A stretch of DNA of 64,000 nt from the human T2T-CHM13v2.0 reference genome, Homo sapiens, in the NCBI RefSeq assembly GCF_009914755.1, contig NC_060933.1; one strand, given 5' to 3'. How positions within the stretch are numbered: position 1 is the first letter of the stretch; the number at the start of each line of letters is the position of its first letter. Below, in pieces: positions 29,205-44,323 of this stretch. The position numbers and the translations under genes are program-made. Under the pieces are notes generated by a model. That model was not told where the DNA came from, searched no databases, and saw only the letters and a program-made list of their open reading frames with translations.

Positions 29205-29389
29205 TAATCTCCTTGGGTTTTCAGCTTCCACTTGATTCCTTACAGCTGTCTTATGCACAGTGATCAAGCAGCCTCTTATAAAGAAGCTCTTGTTCCTTCC
29301 TTAAAAGTCGCTTTGCCAGAGTTTTGGAAGGAAGTGGAGTTAGCTGTGGTGTTAGTCTGCTGTTAATTGGTGGTTTCATTGCCTTGTCT

Positions 29390-30900
29390 TGTTTTTAAAA
29401 TAAGAAACCTGTCCAGTGACATGAAAACTCCTGTCAAAGCCGACTGAAGTGTCGGAATGCTTATAGAAGGGTTAGAACATTTCGATGGTCAGTCGTGAAG
29501 CAAGGGAGGAGAGGCTGCTGCTTTCACCTCTGACACGAATGCGGCAGCATTGACTGTTCCTGCTGATTCTGTAAGAGAAGAACCGGAAATAAACATTAAT
29601 ATTTTAAAAGACAAGAGAGAAGAGTTTGCTGAGAATATACTCATCCATCTGAAACATCTAGCAAAATCAGCTCAAAACCTATTACAGCTCCTAAGCTGAC
29701 CTTACATGTGATCAAGACATAAAGACCAGTTATTTTCCTGTATAGCTGCAATAACCAATTAGAAAATGTAGTGTCAGCATTATCAGTAAAATCAATAAAT
29801 GTCTAGGGATATTTTTAAAGATTTTCTCTAGAAAATTTCAAGCTGCACAAACACACAGAGGACAGTGAGCATTCTCCAGCATTTGGCCTCGTTCTCCACA
29901 CGTGGGTTGTCTTGGAGCAGATATTTCAGTAGGGATCTTTAAAAGATAAGGACTCTTTGAAAGACAAACCACAATATCAGACCTAAAAAGTTAGTTGTAA
30001 TTTCTTAATATCACCAGAGTACCTAGAAATAAACTTAACAACAAAAAAAAGAGTGTTCCTTGTTAATGTGGAGGAAAACTATAAAACTGGTGAAAGAGTT
30101 TAAAAATTAAGTTCCTAGAGAGAGTTATTATTTGCCTGAGTGACAAGATCCATTGTTTTATTTTCTCCATGTTTGCCTCTAAATTCAGAACAGCTCCCAT
30201 CAAGATCCTAGCAGGACTTTTGTGTAACTGCTGGTTCTGAAGTGAGGGTGGAGGTGGAGACCCTCTGGAGTAGTGGTGGGGACTGTGCACAGTGGGGGAC
30301 ACCGGAGCTCAGGACGTGGCTGCCGGAGGGGGCGCGGCTGCCGGAGGGGACGCTTACTCAGGAGCGCTGAGGCGGTTAATGAGTGGGACAGGGAGCCTGT
30401 GACATGTATAAAGGTCGATTGTAAGACTGGGGTATTAAATCAGTGGTCAAGGGGTCATGAACTTTTTAATAACTATGGTTGGGCCAGTTGACTAATATTT
30501 TGGGAAAAGGCAGCCTGCACTTGTGTCAGGGCACGTAACAAATGTGAGCTCCATTCTAGAGTCTGACAGTGGTGCTTGCTGCACAACTCAGAATATATGA
30601 AAAACCACTGAACCGTACACTTTGCAGGGTCGGTTTTAGAGTAGGTGAAACATATCTTACTGTGGCTATTATTTTAAAAAACGAATTCCAGAAGATTTAA
30701 AGTGTCAATATAAAATATTGAACTATGGGTAAAAATATTGGGAACTGTTTTTTCCAATCTCAAATGAGGACGTTCTTCTAGTGTAAGACACAAACCTGGA
30801 AGCCATGAAGGAAAAGATGGACACCTTTGACTTGTTCAGATAAAATTCAAAAGTTTTATGTGATAAGAGATATCAGAAATGGAGCTTTAAAAACTTGACA
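29390..30900 (+). mobile_element. Highly degraded L1ME-type ORF2/3' fragments
   Basis: A-rich L1-like text (gtacctagaaataaacttaacaa, cccatcaagatcctagcagga). Confidence 0.5.
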
Positions 30901-31895
30901 GGAAAAACAGGGGTCTCGCTGTGTTGCCCAGGCTGGTCTTGAACTTCTGGCCTCAAGCAGTCCACTCGCCTAGGCCTCCCAGAGCATTGGGATTACAAGC
31001 GTGAGCCATCGAGCCCGCAGAGTACACCCTTGATGTGAAGTCGCATGGGTGCCTGTCCACCGGGAAATGCAGAGAATAGTGGAATAGCGCAGCAAAGGCA
31101 GCCCCATGCCGCCTTAGGGAGTGCCGGGCACAGGGTGGACGGAGACTCACGTATGTTTCAGTGTCTTTTGCACTGAACGTCTATTTGCGTATTGCCTGTG
31201 CTTATAGAAAAGATAAATACAGCAGAAAAAATAAGATGTGTCTGTTCTGGTGTGGAAAGAATTCCAGAACATATTTTTAATTAGAAGAAAATAATATTCA
31301 CAGAACTGTTGAGTGTCCTGCCATCTGTGCAGACTAGAAATGCACTGTCGTCTGTGGGCCCACGTCTGCCTGGATGTTCACTGGAAGGAGGCGTGGGCAA
31401 CTTAGCTGTGGTGGCTCCGAGGATTGGACTGGGATCATGGGTGTGTGGGGGTAGGTCTCACACTGTGTATTGTTTTGTGGCCTCTGAAAATCTTTTTATG
31501 ATTGTTCTGTGTGTTTTGTGATGTGTTTATTGAATTATCCCATTCATAAGATACAGTGAGTACCTGAACCCTCACTGATACAGCACCCAGCGGGTGAGCT
31601 CTTGCCTCAGTCCGCACCAGGGCAGCCACTCTCTGGTCCCGATGTGGAGACAGGACCGGGGAGCAGAGTGGAAGCTCAGAGTGTGTCTCTGGCCCTGCCT
31701 GGACCAGCACTCGGTCACCCCACACACCAGCCAGGGCTGGAGCAGGCCGGCGGCGCCCCCGCCCCGCGAGCGTCTCCGGCGTGTGCGGCCAGTGCCCGTT
31801 TCGAGGTTTGCTTTGGATCCGTCATCTGCCACTAAAGGATGTAATTGGTTTCTGTTTTCTGTTTGGGTTCCCGCTTCGACTGTGTGGCTGATCAG

Positions 31896-31973
31896 ATGGA
31901 CGGGGAGTCCGAGGAGGAGCAGGAGTCCGTGGACACCGGGGAGGAGGAGGAAGGCGGTGACGAGTCTGACCTG
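31896..31973 (+). CDS. EHMT1: EHMT1 exon 7 (78 nt): [26 protein letters not shown]
   Basis: atcag|ATG acceptor, CTG|gtaatg donor; ORF track 31845..32072. Confidence 0.95.
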
Positions 31974-32246
31974 GTAATGCCCAGCGCCTCCTCCTGCGTC
32001 TGTGCTGATGTAGAGGAGATGCAAAGACACCAGCGTCCTTCAGTTCTTTACCCAACAACCCTTGTTGCCTGAGCGCTCACCCATGTGCTTGGAGCTGGTC
32101 ATGGTGATGGCCACAGATGGGTCCTGTCCCTGGCAAAGCCTCATGAGAAAGACACCGTGCAGAGTTGCAGCGCAGGGCTGGGCCTGGCACGGGGCTGCCC
32201 CAGCTGCGTGCTGGGTGGGGTGGAGTTGAGTGGCCTGTGGAGGTTC

Positions 32247-32472
32247 TCAGAGGGAGAGGGTGTGGTGGGAGCCGGCAGCAAGGACACCTGTTTGGGATTC
32301 CGCTGCATCGGCTGATGTGCGAGAAGGAAGGGCTGGATTTGAAGGTTTCCAGGTAGAACGGCAGAGGGAGAGGGTGTGGCGGGAGCCGGCAGCAAGGACA
32401 GCTGTTTGGGATTCCGCTGCATCGGCTGACGTGCGAGAAGGAAGGGCTGGATTTGAGGGTTTCCAGGTAGAA
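32247..32472. repeat. ~115 bp tandem duplication
   Basis: cagagggagagggtgtgg...ttccaggtagaa occurs twice. Confidence 0.9.
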
Positions 32473-33624
32473 TGGACAGAACTTTCTGGTGGTGAGGACT
32501 GGAGGGAAGAGGGGTTCTGCTCCGTCCCTACTGAAGCCTGTTATTCCTTGAGGAGGGTCCAGATCGGAATTGTGCACCCTGGTCTGCGGGAATTGGGTGT
32601 TGGAAATGGGTAAGAGCAGCGAGTCCCCAGGATGGAGCCTCAGGAAGCCCCCAGCCTGTGAGGGTTCCACAGGGGAGGAGAAGTTGGCTCCTGCTTCTGA
32701 GGAGGAGCTGTCTGTGCCGTGGGGGGAAAGCTCGGCAAGTTTGGGTCACATGAATTGGGAAATGCTCTGAAACAGGAGAAGTGGCTCACGGTGTGGGCTC
32801 ATTACACCAGCGAGTGGGAGGAGGACACAGGGGCCGAGCAGCGAGTGGGAGGAGGACACGGGGGCCGTGGTGTTCGGCGATGAAGGGGTCTGTCTTTGGG
32901 TGGCAGAGGGGCAGCTAGATTTCCAGCAGCAGCAGCTTTGGGTGTGGCGCTTGCTGAAATTCTTCCCAAAAGTTTTGCCGTGCGGGGAGCACAGGGGAGC
33001 CGGGGCTGTGTGTGCTGCAGACAGGGCTCCCGGTACCGTCCTCACGTGGGACCCAACTCAGGAAGAAGGCTGCCCAGCAAAGGCCTTGTGCAGGGACATG
33101 TTCAGTTGGTCAGCGAGGCCCACGTGCTGCTGCTGTGCCTACCTTAAATGTCCCCCGCCCACTGTGGCCTGCACGTGGCCTCCTGTGGAGGGGTGGGGGC
33201 GCCTGCTGTGCATCCGTGTGTGACATGTGGCATGGATGCCCTTGCTGCATCCGGATTTTAGAAGCAGATGCTTAAAACATATCTTGAAATATTATAAGTT
33301 AATTACAGCCTCTGTCCTTGTTCTCTGTGTAGATCATTCATGTGGGTAGGTTCTGAAGCAAGCCGAGCGTTGATTGTCCCTTTTCTTGTGAGCGAGATGA
33401 ACGGACCCTTTTCCTGAGCTTACTTATTTAGTTCCTGAGTAGAACTTTCCAATTTATTTATTCTTTTATGCCAAACTCAAATAAGATGGATACATTTCAC
33501 TTTCTGCTTTTGTTTTGTTTTATCTCTAAAGGGACTGAGCTGAGAGAGTTAGGGAAAAGCGCAGGGTGCCTTTAAGCGTGTGACCCAGCAAAATGTCTAC
33601 AAGTTAAGTTCACCGTTTAATTGA

Positions 33625-33939
<315 letters not shown>

Positions 33940-34074
33940 TAGGATTTCATTAGAAAAGAGGGCATCACTGTTTAAAAAAAATGTTTGAAATGACTTTGTT
34001 AGAGAAACTCAAGTGATTCTAAAGTAGTTTCCTTCTGGCCAATGTAGTGGACGTTGACTTCACTGTTGTTGTTT

Positions 34075-34394
<320 letters not shown>

Positions 34395-34629
34395 TGAATG
34401 TTGAACCGAGGTGAATCATTTGCTGCCCGCATGGGTGACTGGAACCTGTGGCCTGCATGGGCAGCTCCCACGTTGTGTGCAGGAAGCGGCCCCTCAGTGA
34501 GGCACCTGTGCCTCGGTCAGAGTCCCCTGTTCCAGAGGAACTTTGTGAATCACAACGTGAATGTAGGAAGGAAATCTCCTCAAACCCAGAAGGGATGCAG
34601 CAGGTTTAGGGTGCCAAGGGCCGTTTTTG

Positions 34630-35950
34630 TTTCCAGCTTAACCGAGGTGCACCTGGCATCCAATAAAATGCACAGAAATAAATTACACAATTTGACAAGT
34701 TTTAACATGCTTATGACCTTGAATCCATCACCACAGTCAGATGATCAGTGCCATGAGCTCCTCTGTCACCCCGGGTCCCTCCTGCCCTTTGATAACCTGG
34801 CCCCTTCCCTGCCTCCCTTCCCTGCTCCCAGGCAGCCCCTGGTCTGCTCTGTTTCCATGTATTGGTTAGTGTTCTGTAGAATTTTATATAGATGGAACTG
34901 TGTGGTTGTTTTTCATCTGGCTTCTCTGAGTATAATTGTTTTGAGTTGCCAGGCTGTCGAATGGCCAGGAGTTTGTTTCTGTCCATTGCTGAGAAGTGTC
35001 CCATTGTGTGGCTGCCCCACAGTCTTATCTGTCCATTCATCCGTCCATGGGCTTTGGGCTCTTTCCAGCCTTGGCTGCTAGAAATTAAGTGGCCGTGAAC
35101 ATTTGTGTGCAAATCTTTTTTGAACAGGTGCTTCCCTAGATCTTGGTTAGGTATCTGGGAGTGGAATGGCTGAGTAGAGTGGCGTGTGTTCAGCTCTTCA
35201 GGAAGCTGCCAAGCTGTTTTCCAAGCACTCGTCCTGTTTTAGGTCCAGACAACACACAAGCATTCCAGTTCCCCTCTGTCCACGCCAGCACTTGTTAGGG
35301 TTAGTCTTTTTAATTCCAGTGGATCTGTGGGTGTGCAGTGGTGTTTTACTGTAGTTTCAATGCTGTTACCTAATGAGTAATGAGATTGTACATTTTAGCC
35401 TTCATTTAGTTTTTTTGAAACGTGTCTGTTCACATCTTTTGCTCACTTTTAAAATCTGGTTGTTTTTCTTCTCATTGGGTTAAAAGAGTTTTTAACATAT
35501 TCTGGAGACAAGTCTTTTATCAGGTGGATGTTTTGCATGTATTTGTACCTAGTCTCTGACCTGCCTTTTCATTTTCCTAATGCTGTATTTAGAAGAGCAA
35601 ACGTTTTTAAGGTTTTCTTGAAGTCCAAGTTACGAGTTATTTTACTTGGGGGGTTCATGCTTTTGTGCTCTAAGAAATCTTTGACAGACCCAGGTCACAG
35701 AGGTTTTGTCCCTTGTTTTCTTCTTGGCATCTGCAGGCTCCGCGCTTGCCTGTCGGTTCATTTTGCACTGATGTTTGAGTGAGCTGTGGCGCAGGCCCCT
35801 TCTTGGCAGTGGGTGTGCAGCTGCCATAGGCACTGCTGCTTGAGTTGATTTTTCTCCACCTGTTGACATTCAGTGTGTGGGCTGTTCCTGGACATTCTGG
35901 TCTGTTTCATTTATTTATTTGTTTATCCTTATACCAGTGTCACCGAGTGG
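34630..35950 (-). mobile_element. Old L1 (L1ME/MD-like) 3' fragment
   Basis: Antisense L1 3' text (tagaattttatatagatggaac, ccattcatcc...gggagtggaatggctg). Confidence 0.65.
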
Positions 35951-37422
35951 CAGCACTTTGTTCTTATTCACAGTGATTTTGGCTAATCTAGATTCCCCAA
36001 TGTAGAGTACCTCTGTTAACTGGATGTTGGGGAGGCGTCATCCCCTGAAAAGAGAGGGTTGCGGGAGACCTGGGGCGTGAGGCAGTCACCATGGAGGCTC
36101 CTGGCGTTTGAGGGTGGAGGACGTGTGAGCCCCCCGGGAGCTGCATGTGGTGCTTCAGTTACGTTTCTCTTCACCTCAGTTTATTGATTCAGATCATAAC
36201 ACCAGATGTGGCTTTTACTGTTGGCCAACAAAAGCATTTTAGAGCCAAGACTAAAAGTTGTTTTTGGGGTAGAGATTTCATCTTTGTCATCTTGGCTGTA
36301 ATGTGCAAAATGTGTGCTTTTAAATATTCACAGAGGAGTTTGAATTTTATTTCTTTATGAATTTTTTATTTAAATCTTCTTTTCGTTTAAAACTATACAA
36401 AGTGTACTCCTGTTCTTCAAGTTGATGATGGTGATTTCTCAAAGGTGGTTGACTTTTCCTGTCTGTCTAAGATCTAGGTGGAGCATGTGGCTTGAATGAA
36501 AAGACTGGTTACCATACCTCTCTGTGCTAGTGTTCATTTATTTCCAGTCATTGAAATAAGATTGGTGACTAGTCCCTAGAAGCTTGGCTGTGAAATGTGA
36601 CCATCTGCCCTTGGCCGGAGTTAGATATTACCTGGTACAGGTACACACTTTCATAGGCCTCCTCAGTGAATGCCCTTGTGATTACAAACACCCAATTTTA
36701 TATATCTTTCTCCGGCCCTCCTGGGAAGTGTGGACAGGCTGGCCTGGCCACCACTCGTGTGTCCTTGAGGGCAGGGAAGCCCACAGAAGTGTTTGCACCC
36801 CCCACTGCCCTCGCTGCCAGCCAGGGGACACCGGTCCTTCTCACAGCACCCTGCTCCCTGGCACCTTCTGTGGGTGTCGTGAGCCTCCCGTGTTTACTGG
36901 AGTCGACACTGATCCTTTCCGGGAGCCTCCCTGGATTTCAGCCAGGACGCCCGGGAGGTCATTGCTTTCTCTCTGACACAGATTTGCCTGCAACATGGCA
37001 CCTTGGGCCATCTCTTTAGCTACTTTACATCTGATCTTTCAAATCTGCAAGTTAGATTTTTCTGTTTTATTTAAAAATAATCTACAACATATGACTACCA
37101 TGTTTTTATCTGTTTCTTTGATCATTTGATAGCTTTTATGTAGTTGGTGTAGTTACAGAGAAAGATGTGCTGACATGTTGGTGCCTTTGTTTTTGTCTAT
37201 ACAGCTTCTCTCCTCCCCCATGAATATTATGTCTAAAAGGGGGAATTAGCAAAATAATATGCGGGAGAGAAAATGATAGTGAAACTGGAATGGTCTAAAC
37301 CATAGTGGGTTTCAACTTGTGGTTTTGAATGGATTAATTAGAAGTAGTCCATTTCCTGGGGCCCCAGCCTTGCTGCCCTGTGCGTCTGGGTGGGTGCGGC
37401 CGCCTGGGTGCGTGGTGTCTGA

Positions 37423-37596
<174 letters not shown>

Positions 37597-38410
37597 TAGA
37601 CCGGGCACCATCTTGGTCCTTTGTCTTCTGGGCTCCTTCCTCTGTATTAGCATGATGCCCCTTGGTGGACACTAGTAGAAGATCGGGTTAACTGCATCAC
37701 TTCCAGCTGAGGTGTAGACAGGATGGGGTGCGTTTGCTGTGTCCCGGTGTTCAAGTGAAGAAAGAGACATTACGGAAACCCTCTAAGAGTCAACTGGCGA
37801 AGCCCAAGCATGGCCCAGCGTGGCGGTCATCTCCCTCCGTGGGTCAGGCGTGCTCCGTGGAGGATTGCCCACGGCCAGACGCCCTCCCTGGTGGCATCTC
37901 AGGACACACGGGGACGTACTGTTGAATAAGGTGTCTCTGATTGGCTGAAATATGTCCCTGGTCAGTGTTGAGCTGAGAGTTCTGACATACGTTCTGTAAT
38001 GGAATATTCGTATTTAGTGTATTTTTGTACCTCTAAATCACAGGTGAATCAGCAGCTTCTGTTGGGAGTTGTTGTGCCAGAAGTTGTCCGTTCTCACACT
38101 TTCTATCAGTTTTTTCTCTTTTTAAGCAACTTAGAAACCTTATATGAGTGAAAAGTAGCTAATACCTATTTGATTATTTGGGAAGATTTATTCGAAGCAT
38201 GATGTGGAGGAAATGCAAATCTTATTTACATTCCCCACAGATCTTACTGGTGTGGCATTGCAGACCACTGCAGGGGGCTTAATGGGCCATTTAAAAATGA
38301 CAAATAGCTAGCTTTTTAGGGTTTTGAACACTGAGGGAGGTTTGAGTCACCTATGTAATTCACCTAGGAAATCACATCTTTAGCTTAAGATAGAAATCTT
38401 AGGCTAGTCC

Positions 38411-38735
<325 letters not shown>

Positions 38736-39677
38736 AGAAATCTTAGCCTAGTCCGTCATGGAAACGATGATATTTTTTCCTCTTCTTGCACCAAATGGAG
38801 CAGAACCCCCTCAAGCATCACGAAGTCCTTCGCATGGTCACCCCATGCTTTCCGAGTATAACACTGGGTGTTTCAGTTCTCTAAACTTGCTTTTAGATTT
38901 GGAGGTCTCAGGAAGTTACTTGGTTTTAAGGAGTAAATAGTATTTCATTTTGTCAAATCGACTCCTGCTGTGGTGGCCTTGGGCATGCTGAGTGGCAGGA
39001 GACCGGGAGCTGGCACATGAAGGCCGTTCCACCTGTCAGTGTGCGCCTGCTGTCTCTGGTGAGGTCGGGGGAAGGTAGCTCTAAAGGAAGGATGGTGCCG
39101 AGCATCAGGGCCAAAGGGCGAGAGCCAACACAAAGCCGGAGGAGAAATGGCAGGGAGTAGAGGCTCCTCAGCTTGTGTGACATTTTGTAAACTGCCTCCC
39201 AGAATTGATTTCCCTGTGTTTGATCAGCGCCGATTGGTCAGTCAGCGATTGGCCTGTTCAGTCATGCTCTTGATGTAGATCATCAGTGTGTAGAAGAGAC
39301 AGGCGGTGCGCCCACTGTGCTGGTGCTGGCCGTGTGGCCCGGGACCCCAGAGGGAGGCAGTGGTCAAGTGGCGCTGGATGGCGTCTGGGGCTCTGGGAGA
39401 CCTGGGTGGTGTGTGTTTCAGATGGGACAGGCGCCATCGGCCTGTGGAGTGTGCTGAGCGGGTCAGTGGGGGCAGGTGATGCCGCTGGTTGTGGGTCAGG
39501 GGGTCCAGGCTTGAGCCTTGGGCCAAGGAGAATATGAAGATGAGAAGTCCTCTCCGTATGCATTCGTCTCTTTCCCCGTTGCCTTGCTCTTGGGCCTGCC
39601 TTATTGAGGCTGAATGGCGATGTCACCCAGCAGCAACAGGAGGCAGAGGGTCTGAGCCTGGGAGGGGCCAGGAGTCG

Positions 39678-39691
39678 GTAACCATGGCAAC
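39678..39691. promoter_or_regulatory. RFX X-box motif GTAACCATGGCAAC
   Basis: Matches the RFX consensus GTNRCC(N0-3)RGYAAC; GC box immediately downstream. Confidence 0.45.
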
Positions 39692-40269
39692 GTGGGCTAG
39701 GGCGGGAGAGGCAGAGCTTGGCGGAGGTTGATTGCTTGAGGCTTGCTTCAGTCAGTTCGTTTGATGTCCCTGGTAGTTCCACTGTGGGAACAGAAACACT
39801 CCACCTCCACGGAGGTGTCTGAGCCACTGCATTGTTATCCAAGCGTGTAGGCCCTGGGTTCTTACCTATCTCACTGCAGCCTCTTGGCTGCTGTTGGCCA
39901 GTGCTGTGGTAGGACAGTTATCTCACAGCGTTGTGGGGTTTGTGTGTGTTTTCTCCTTTTAAAAATCAGGTTGCTGAGCAGGATCATCTCAGAGACCCCC
40001 CCAGCTTTAAACTTGTAGTGATTTGAATTCAAGTTTCACTTCATCGTTTTCCTGGTCTTTAGGGGTTTGGGTGATCCAGAGGCGAGGCTGGGACCTCGGG
40101 CAGCACATGATTAGGAAGTGCCTCCTGCACAGAGTCCTTGACGGCAGCGTGGACCGTTCACGTGCTTTTTGGCTCTTTGCACAGATTTGGATTCTCTCCT
40201 GGCCGTGACCAATATCAGATTCCAAATGGGCTAGAGACAGACAGAAGCGGCTGTGGTGACTCAGCATGG

Positions 40270-40995
40270 GTGTTGGTAAAAGATGCACTAAGAGGCTGGC
40301 AGGGCGGCTCAGGCCTGTAATCCCAGCACTTTGGGAGGCCGAGGTGGGCAGATCACAAGGTCAGGAGATCGAGACCATCCTGGCTAACACAGTGAAACCC
40401 CGTCTCTACTGAAATACAAAAAATTAGCCAGGCGTGGTGGCGGGCGCCTGTAGTCCCAGCTACTTGGGAGGCTGAGGCGGGAGAATGGCTTGAACCTGGG
40501 GGCAGAGCTTGCAGTGAGCTGAGATCGCACCACTGCACTCCAGCCTGGGCGACAGAGCGAGACTCTGGCTCAGAAAAAATAAAAAGATGCACTAAGGCAC
40601 AGTGCAGCTTTTAAAGGGTTTCCTTGAGCAGCGATTCATGAACGAGGCAGCTCCAAACCAGAAGCACGTTGGGAGCTGCACTGAGGAAACACGAGGGGAA
40701 GGATTTTTAGGGTGAACGTGGGAGTAAAGCCAGGAAAACACCCCACTGGTTCATGACGCAGTTTCCTCGTTTGTTCTGTCCCTGCTGGAAAGTCCCTAGT
40801 TCTAGAGATTGGTTGGCTGCTTCTGAATGGTAGAGCTTAAGTTTTATTTTTCTTTACTATAGGCATTTGCCAAAAGTAGCCCAAGATATCCTTTGTTTTC
40901 AAATCAAGCAAGGTCAAGATGGCCTCCTTGGCTCAACTGGCTTTGTCTGTTCAAGGATTCTTTAGTCTTGGTCTCCATTTTAATTTACTTTAACA
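40270..40995 (-). mobile_element. ERV1 solo LTR (MER31-like), interrupted by an Alu
   Basis: - strand begins tgttaaagtaaattaaaatggagacc...cagacaaagccagtt, as I recall for MER31. Confidence 0.6.
40294..40585 (+). mobile_element. AluY/Sc-like with TSD aaaagatgcactaag
   Basis: Dimer with flanking direct repeat. Confidence 0.92.
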
Positions 40996-41013
40996 CTATA
41001 TTTTTAGATGTGA

Positions 41014-41321
<308 letters not shown>

Positions 41322-42013
41322 AAGAGTTAATTATTTTTAATTAAGAGAGGTAATAGTGAGTATTTGAGACAATGATTCATCTTCTATTTCTGCTTTGACT
41401 GTTTAACAAAAAAGAAAACGTGAAATGCGATCTGGCTTCCTTTGGGAGCGGCACCCACTGTAGCCACTTGCCAAGCTTAAGGGTCTTCCTGGCGGTGCCC
41501 TCCACCCCCGCCCCTGCTGCTCAACAGCCTTGGCCTTGCCCGTCTCTCCCATCCGGGGCTGGGGCAGGGCATGGGGGCACCAGCCCTGGCTGTGCTGGGA
41601 CGGGCCCAAGGCCGCCTGCCTGACCATGGCCCTGCTGCAGCCTTCCCTATGGACTATGCTGTCATTGTCAGCTGCATATTGAGCTCTAATTCTCCTCTAG
41701 TTTATCTTTCCTTGTTTTTCTGGTGCTTTCCTCTTTCAGCCTAATAAATGGGCTCTTTGGACTATTGTAGTAGGTGAGTGAGATTCTAGATAATAGATGA
41801 ACCGTTATTAAAACCTTCCAAACTGATTTTTTTTTTTTTGTGGCTGCCATTCTAAAACCAAGTAGGAAAACAAGGTCTTAAAGGGCAGTGAATGCTCTTT
41901 TGTTTGAAAGCAAAAGATTTAGGAGCTACTGCCAGAGGTACCAGCCTCTGGCTTTGGAACTTGTGTCCTGGGTCCTGAGAACCTGAGAACACAGGTTAAT
42001 AGGTGCCTCTTGA

Positions 42014-42406
<393 letters not shown>

Positions 42407-43519
42407 TAAAGCAGCCACGAGGAGTGAGTGAGAAAGCCCAGCCCAGCAGGGGCCCCGACAGCCCCTCGAGTGAGTTGTGCTGCGTGACCAGGGCGGGAGC
42501 CTGAGTGGATTCTGCGCAGAACCAATCGAGCAGATCCCAACAGTGAAATCACGGCAGATGATGAAACACAGGTCTAGAGCTTGTTAAAAAGGAGGACTGT
42601 GTAGACAAAGTCTTTGAATGAAAATGGCCTGTTGTATTTCTTTTTTATGATCATGGTTTTGTCAAGGTTTTTCCTACCTTGCTATAAACAAAGTGAGTAG
42701 ATTGAGGCAGGATAGTCACACCAAGGTGAGTCCAGAACTGCCCAGAACTGTGGTTTCCTGCAGGGCAGGCCCCGCAAGGGCCGGGCCTCGGCCACCTCCC
42801 TCCTTTCACCGGGGATCACAGACTCAGAGGGTTCAGCACGTCCCGTCTCTGCTGCCTCTGGGACAGGAGGGGGGATCAGGCAGAGCACAGACGGAATTAA
42901 TGTTTTCTGAGAATTTCTCCAGTTCTTTTTAACACGATTTCTTTCAGCCCTCAGAGCCTCGTGACCATGGCTGGCCATGGTGAGGGTCTGAGCAGGAGGC
43001 TTGTTGGCACCAGGCCGAGAGGCACCACATGCAGTCACACTGCTCAGGTGTCTGGCTGCCCCGGGCTTGCATTTGCTGTGGCCGAAGTCAGCACGTGGCC
43101 ATTAGTGTCGTCTGCTTCCTGAGGGGTGTGTCAGGCTGTTGCTTCCACGAGTTTCCTGGTCTTATTGGCCAGCGGATCCATCTTCAGCTCGATTATTGCG
43201 TCTTAGCTGCACATTGTGGAAGTAAGTGAGCTGTGAACAGGACAACCATCCGTGTAGCAATGCTGGGCATTATTCCAAGCCTTTTGCGTAGGGCGCTCCT
43301 CCAGGTCCACGGCAGCCTGTGCAGCATCGGCCGTCGCCCAGGTGATACAGGTGAGGCCCGTGAGAGGGGCCAGGTGGCGCCTCCAGACTCACTGGCCTGC
43401 TGTGAGGAAGGCAGGAATGGGAGCCTTGTTCCAAAGGTCAGGCCCGACCGCTGTGTCGGGGAGCATGGGCAACACCCGGGAGGAGCGGGCAGAGCCCTGG
43501 AACAGGCCAGTCAGTTTCG

Positions 43520-43664
43520 CCCATGGCCCTCACCCTGGTGCCTGTTGGCGTGGCCGGGGTTTCTGATTCAGCAGGTCTGGCCTGGCTGGGATTTTGCTTT
43601 TCTAGAGTGTTCCCCGTTTCTCCTGATGCTTCTGGTCCAGGGACCACACTTTGAGAACCACTGG
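43520..43664. mobile_element. MER5A-like DNA transposon fossil
   Basis: tctgattcagcaggtctgg...ggaccacactttgagaaccactg. Confidence 0.7.
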
Positions 43665-44317
43665 TTCGCCTCCTCTTCTCCTTCTCCGTAGGTGTTAAAC
43701 AGGATCCAGTGGAGTCAGATCCCCGTGTGACACGTGCTTCCCTGTGACTTTTCTCTCTGTATCTCCACGTTTCCGGTGCACATGCCTTTACTCAGACTCC
43801 GACACTGGCGTTGCTTTTGTCTCATCCCAGCTAGGCGACGTCTGCGTCAGCGCCTCTCATCTGTGGCACGTGTGCCCAGCGGGCTCCCTATGTGACGGCT
43901 TTTCCCACCTCTGAGTGTTCATGTCACTCGCTGCATGTTCTGCCACACTCGGCCCCTCTGCAGAGCCTCTCACTTGTTTCAAAAGAACTTTCCATAGTGA
44001 CAAGTGAGGGCGCAGTTAGCCTTTGGAACCCTCGACTCGGCTCCTCTGTCACCAGCGTTCTCTCCCACCCTTCTTTCTTGGTTTTGAACTACTTACTGTT
44101 TTAAAACAAACCCCATTTTACTACTGAATAGCACAGTGTGTTTCTATTAAGATCAAAAATGGACCATTGTCTCACATAACAGCAATGCTTTTCACATGTA
44201 ACAAAAATAACAATTTCCTGTTATTATTTAGTGCCTAGTCCATGGTCAAAGGTCTGTTGACAAAATGCCTTTTACTTTTTTTCTCTCTTTCTAATTGGAT
44301 CCAAACTGGTTCCACTC

Positions 44318-44323
44318 ATTAAA
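44318..44323 (+). terminator. Candidate intronic poly(A) signal ATTAAA in intron 10
   Basis: ATTAAA with upstream TGTA (~44197) and downstream T/GT-rich tract (~44350-44365). Confidence 0.4.
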
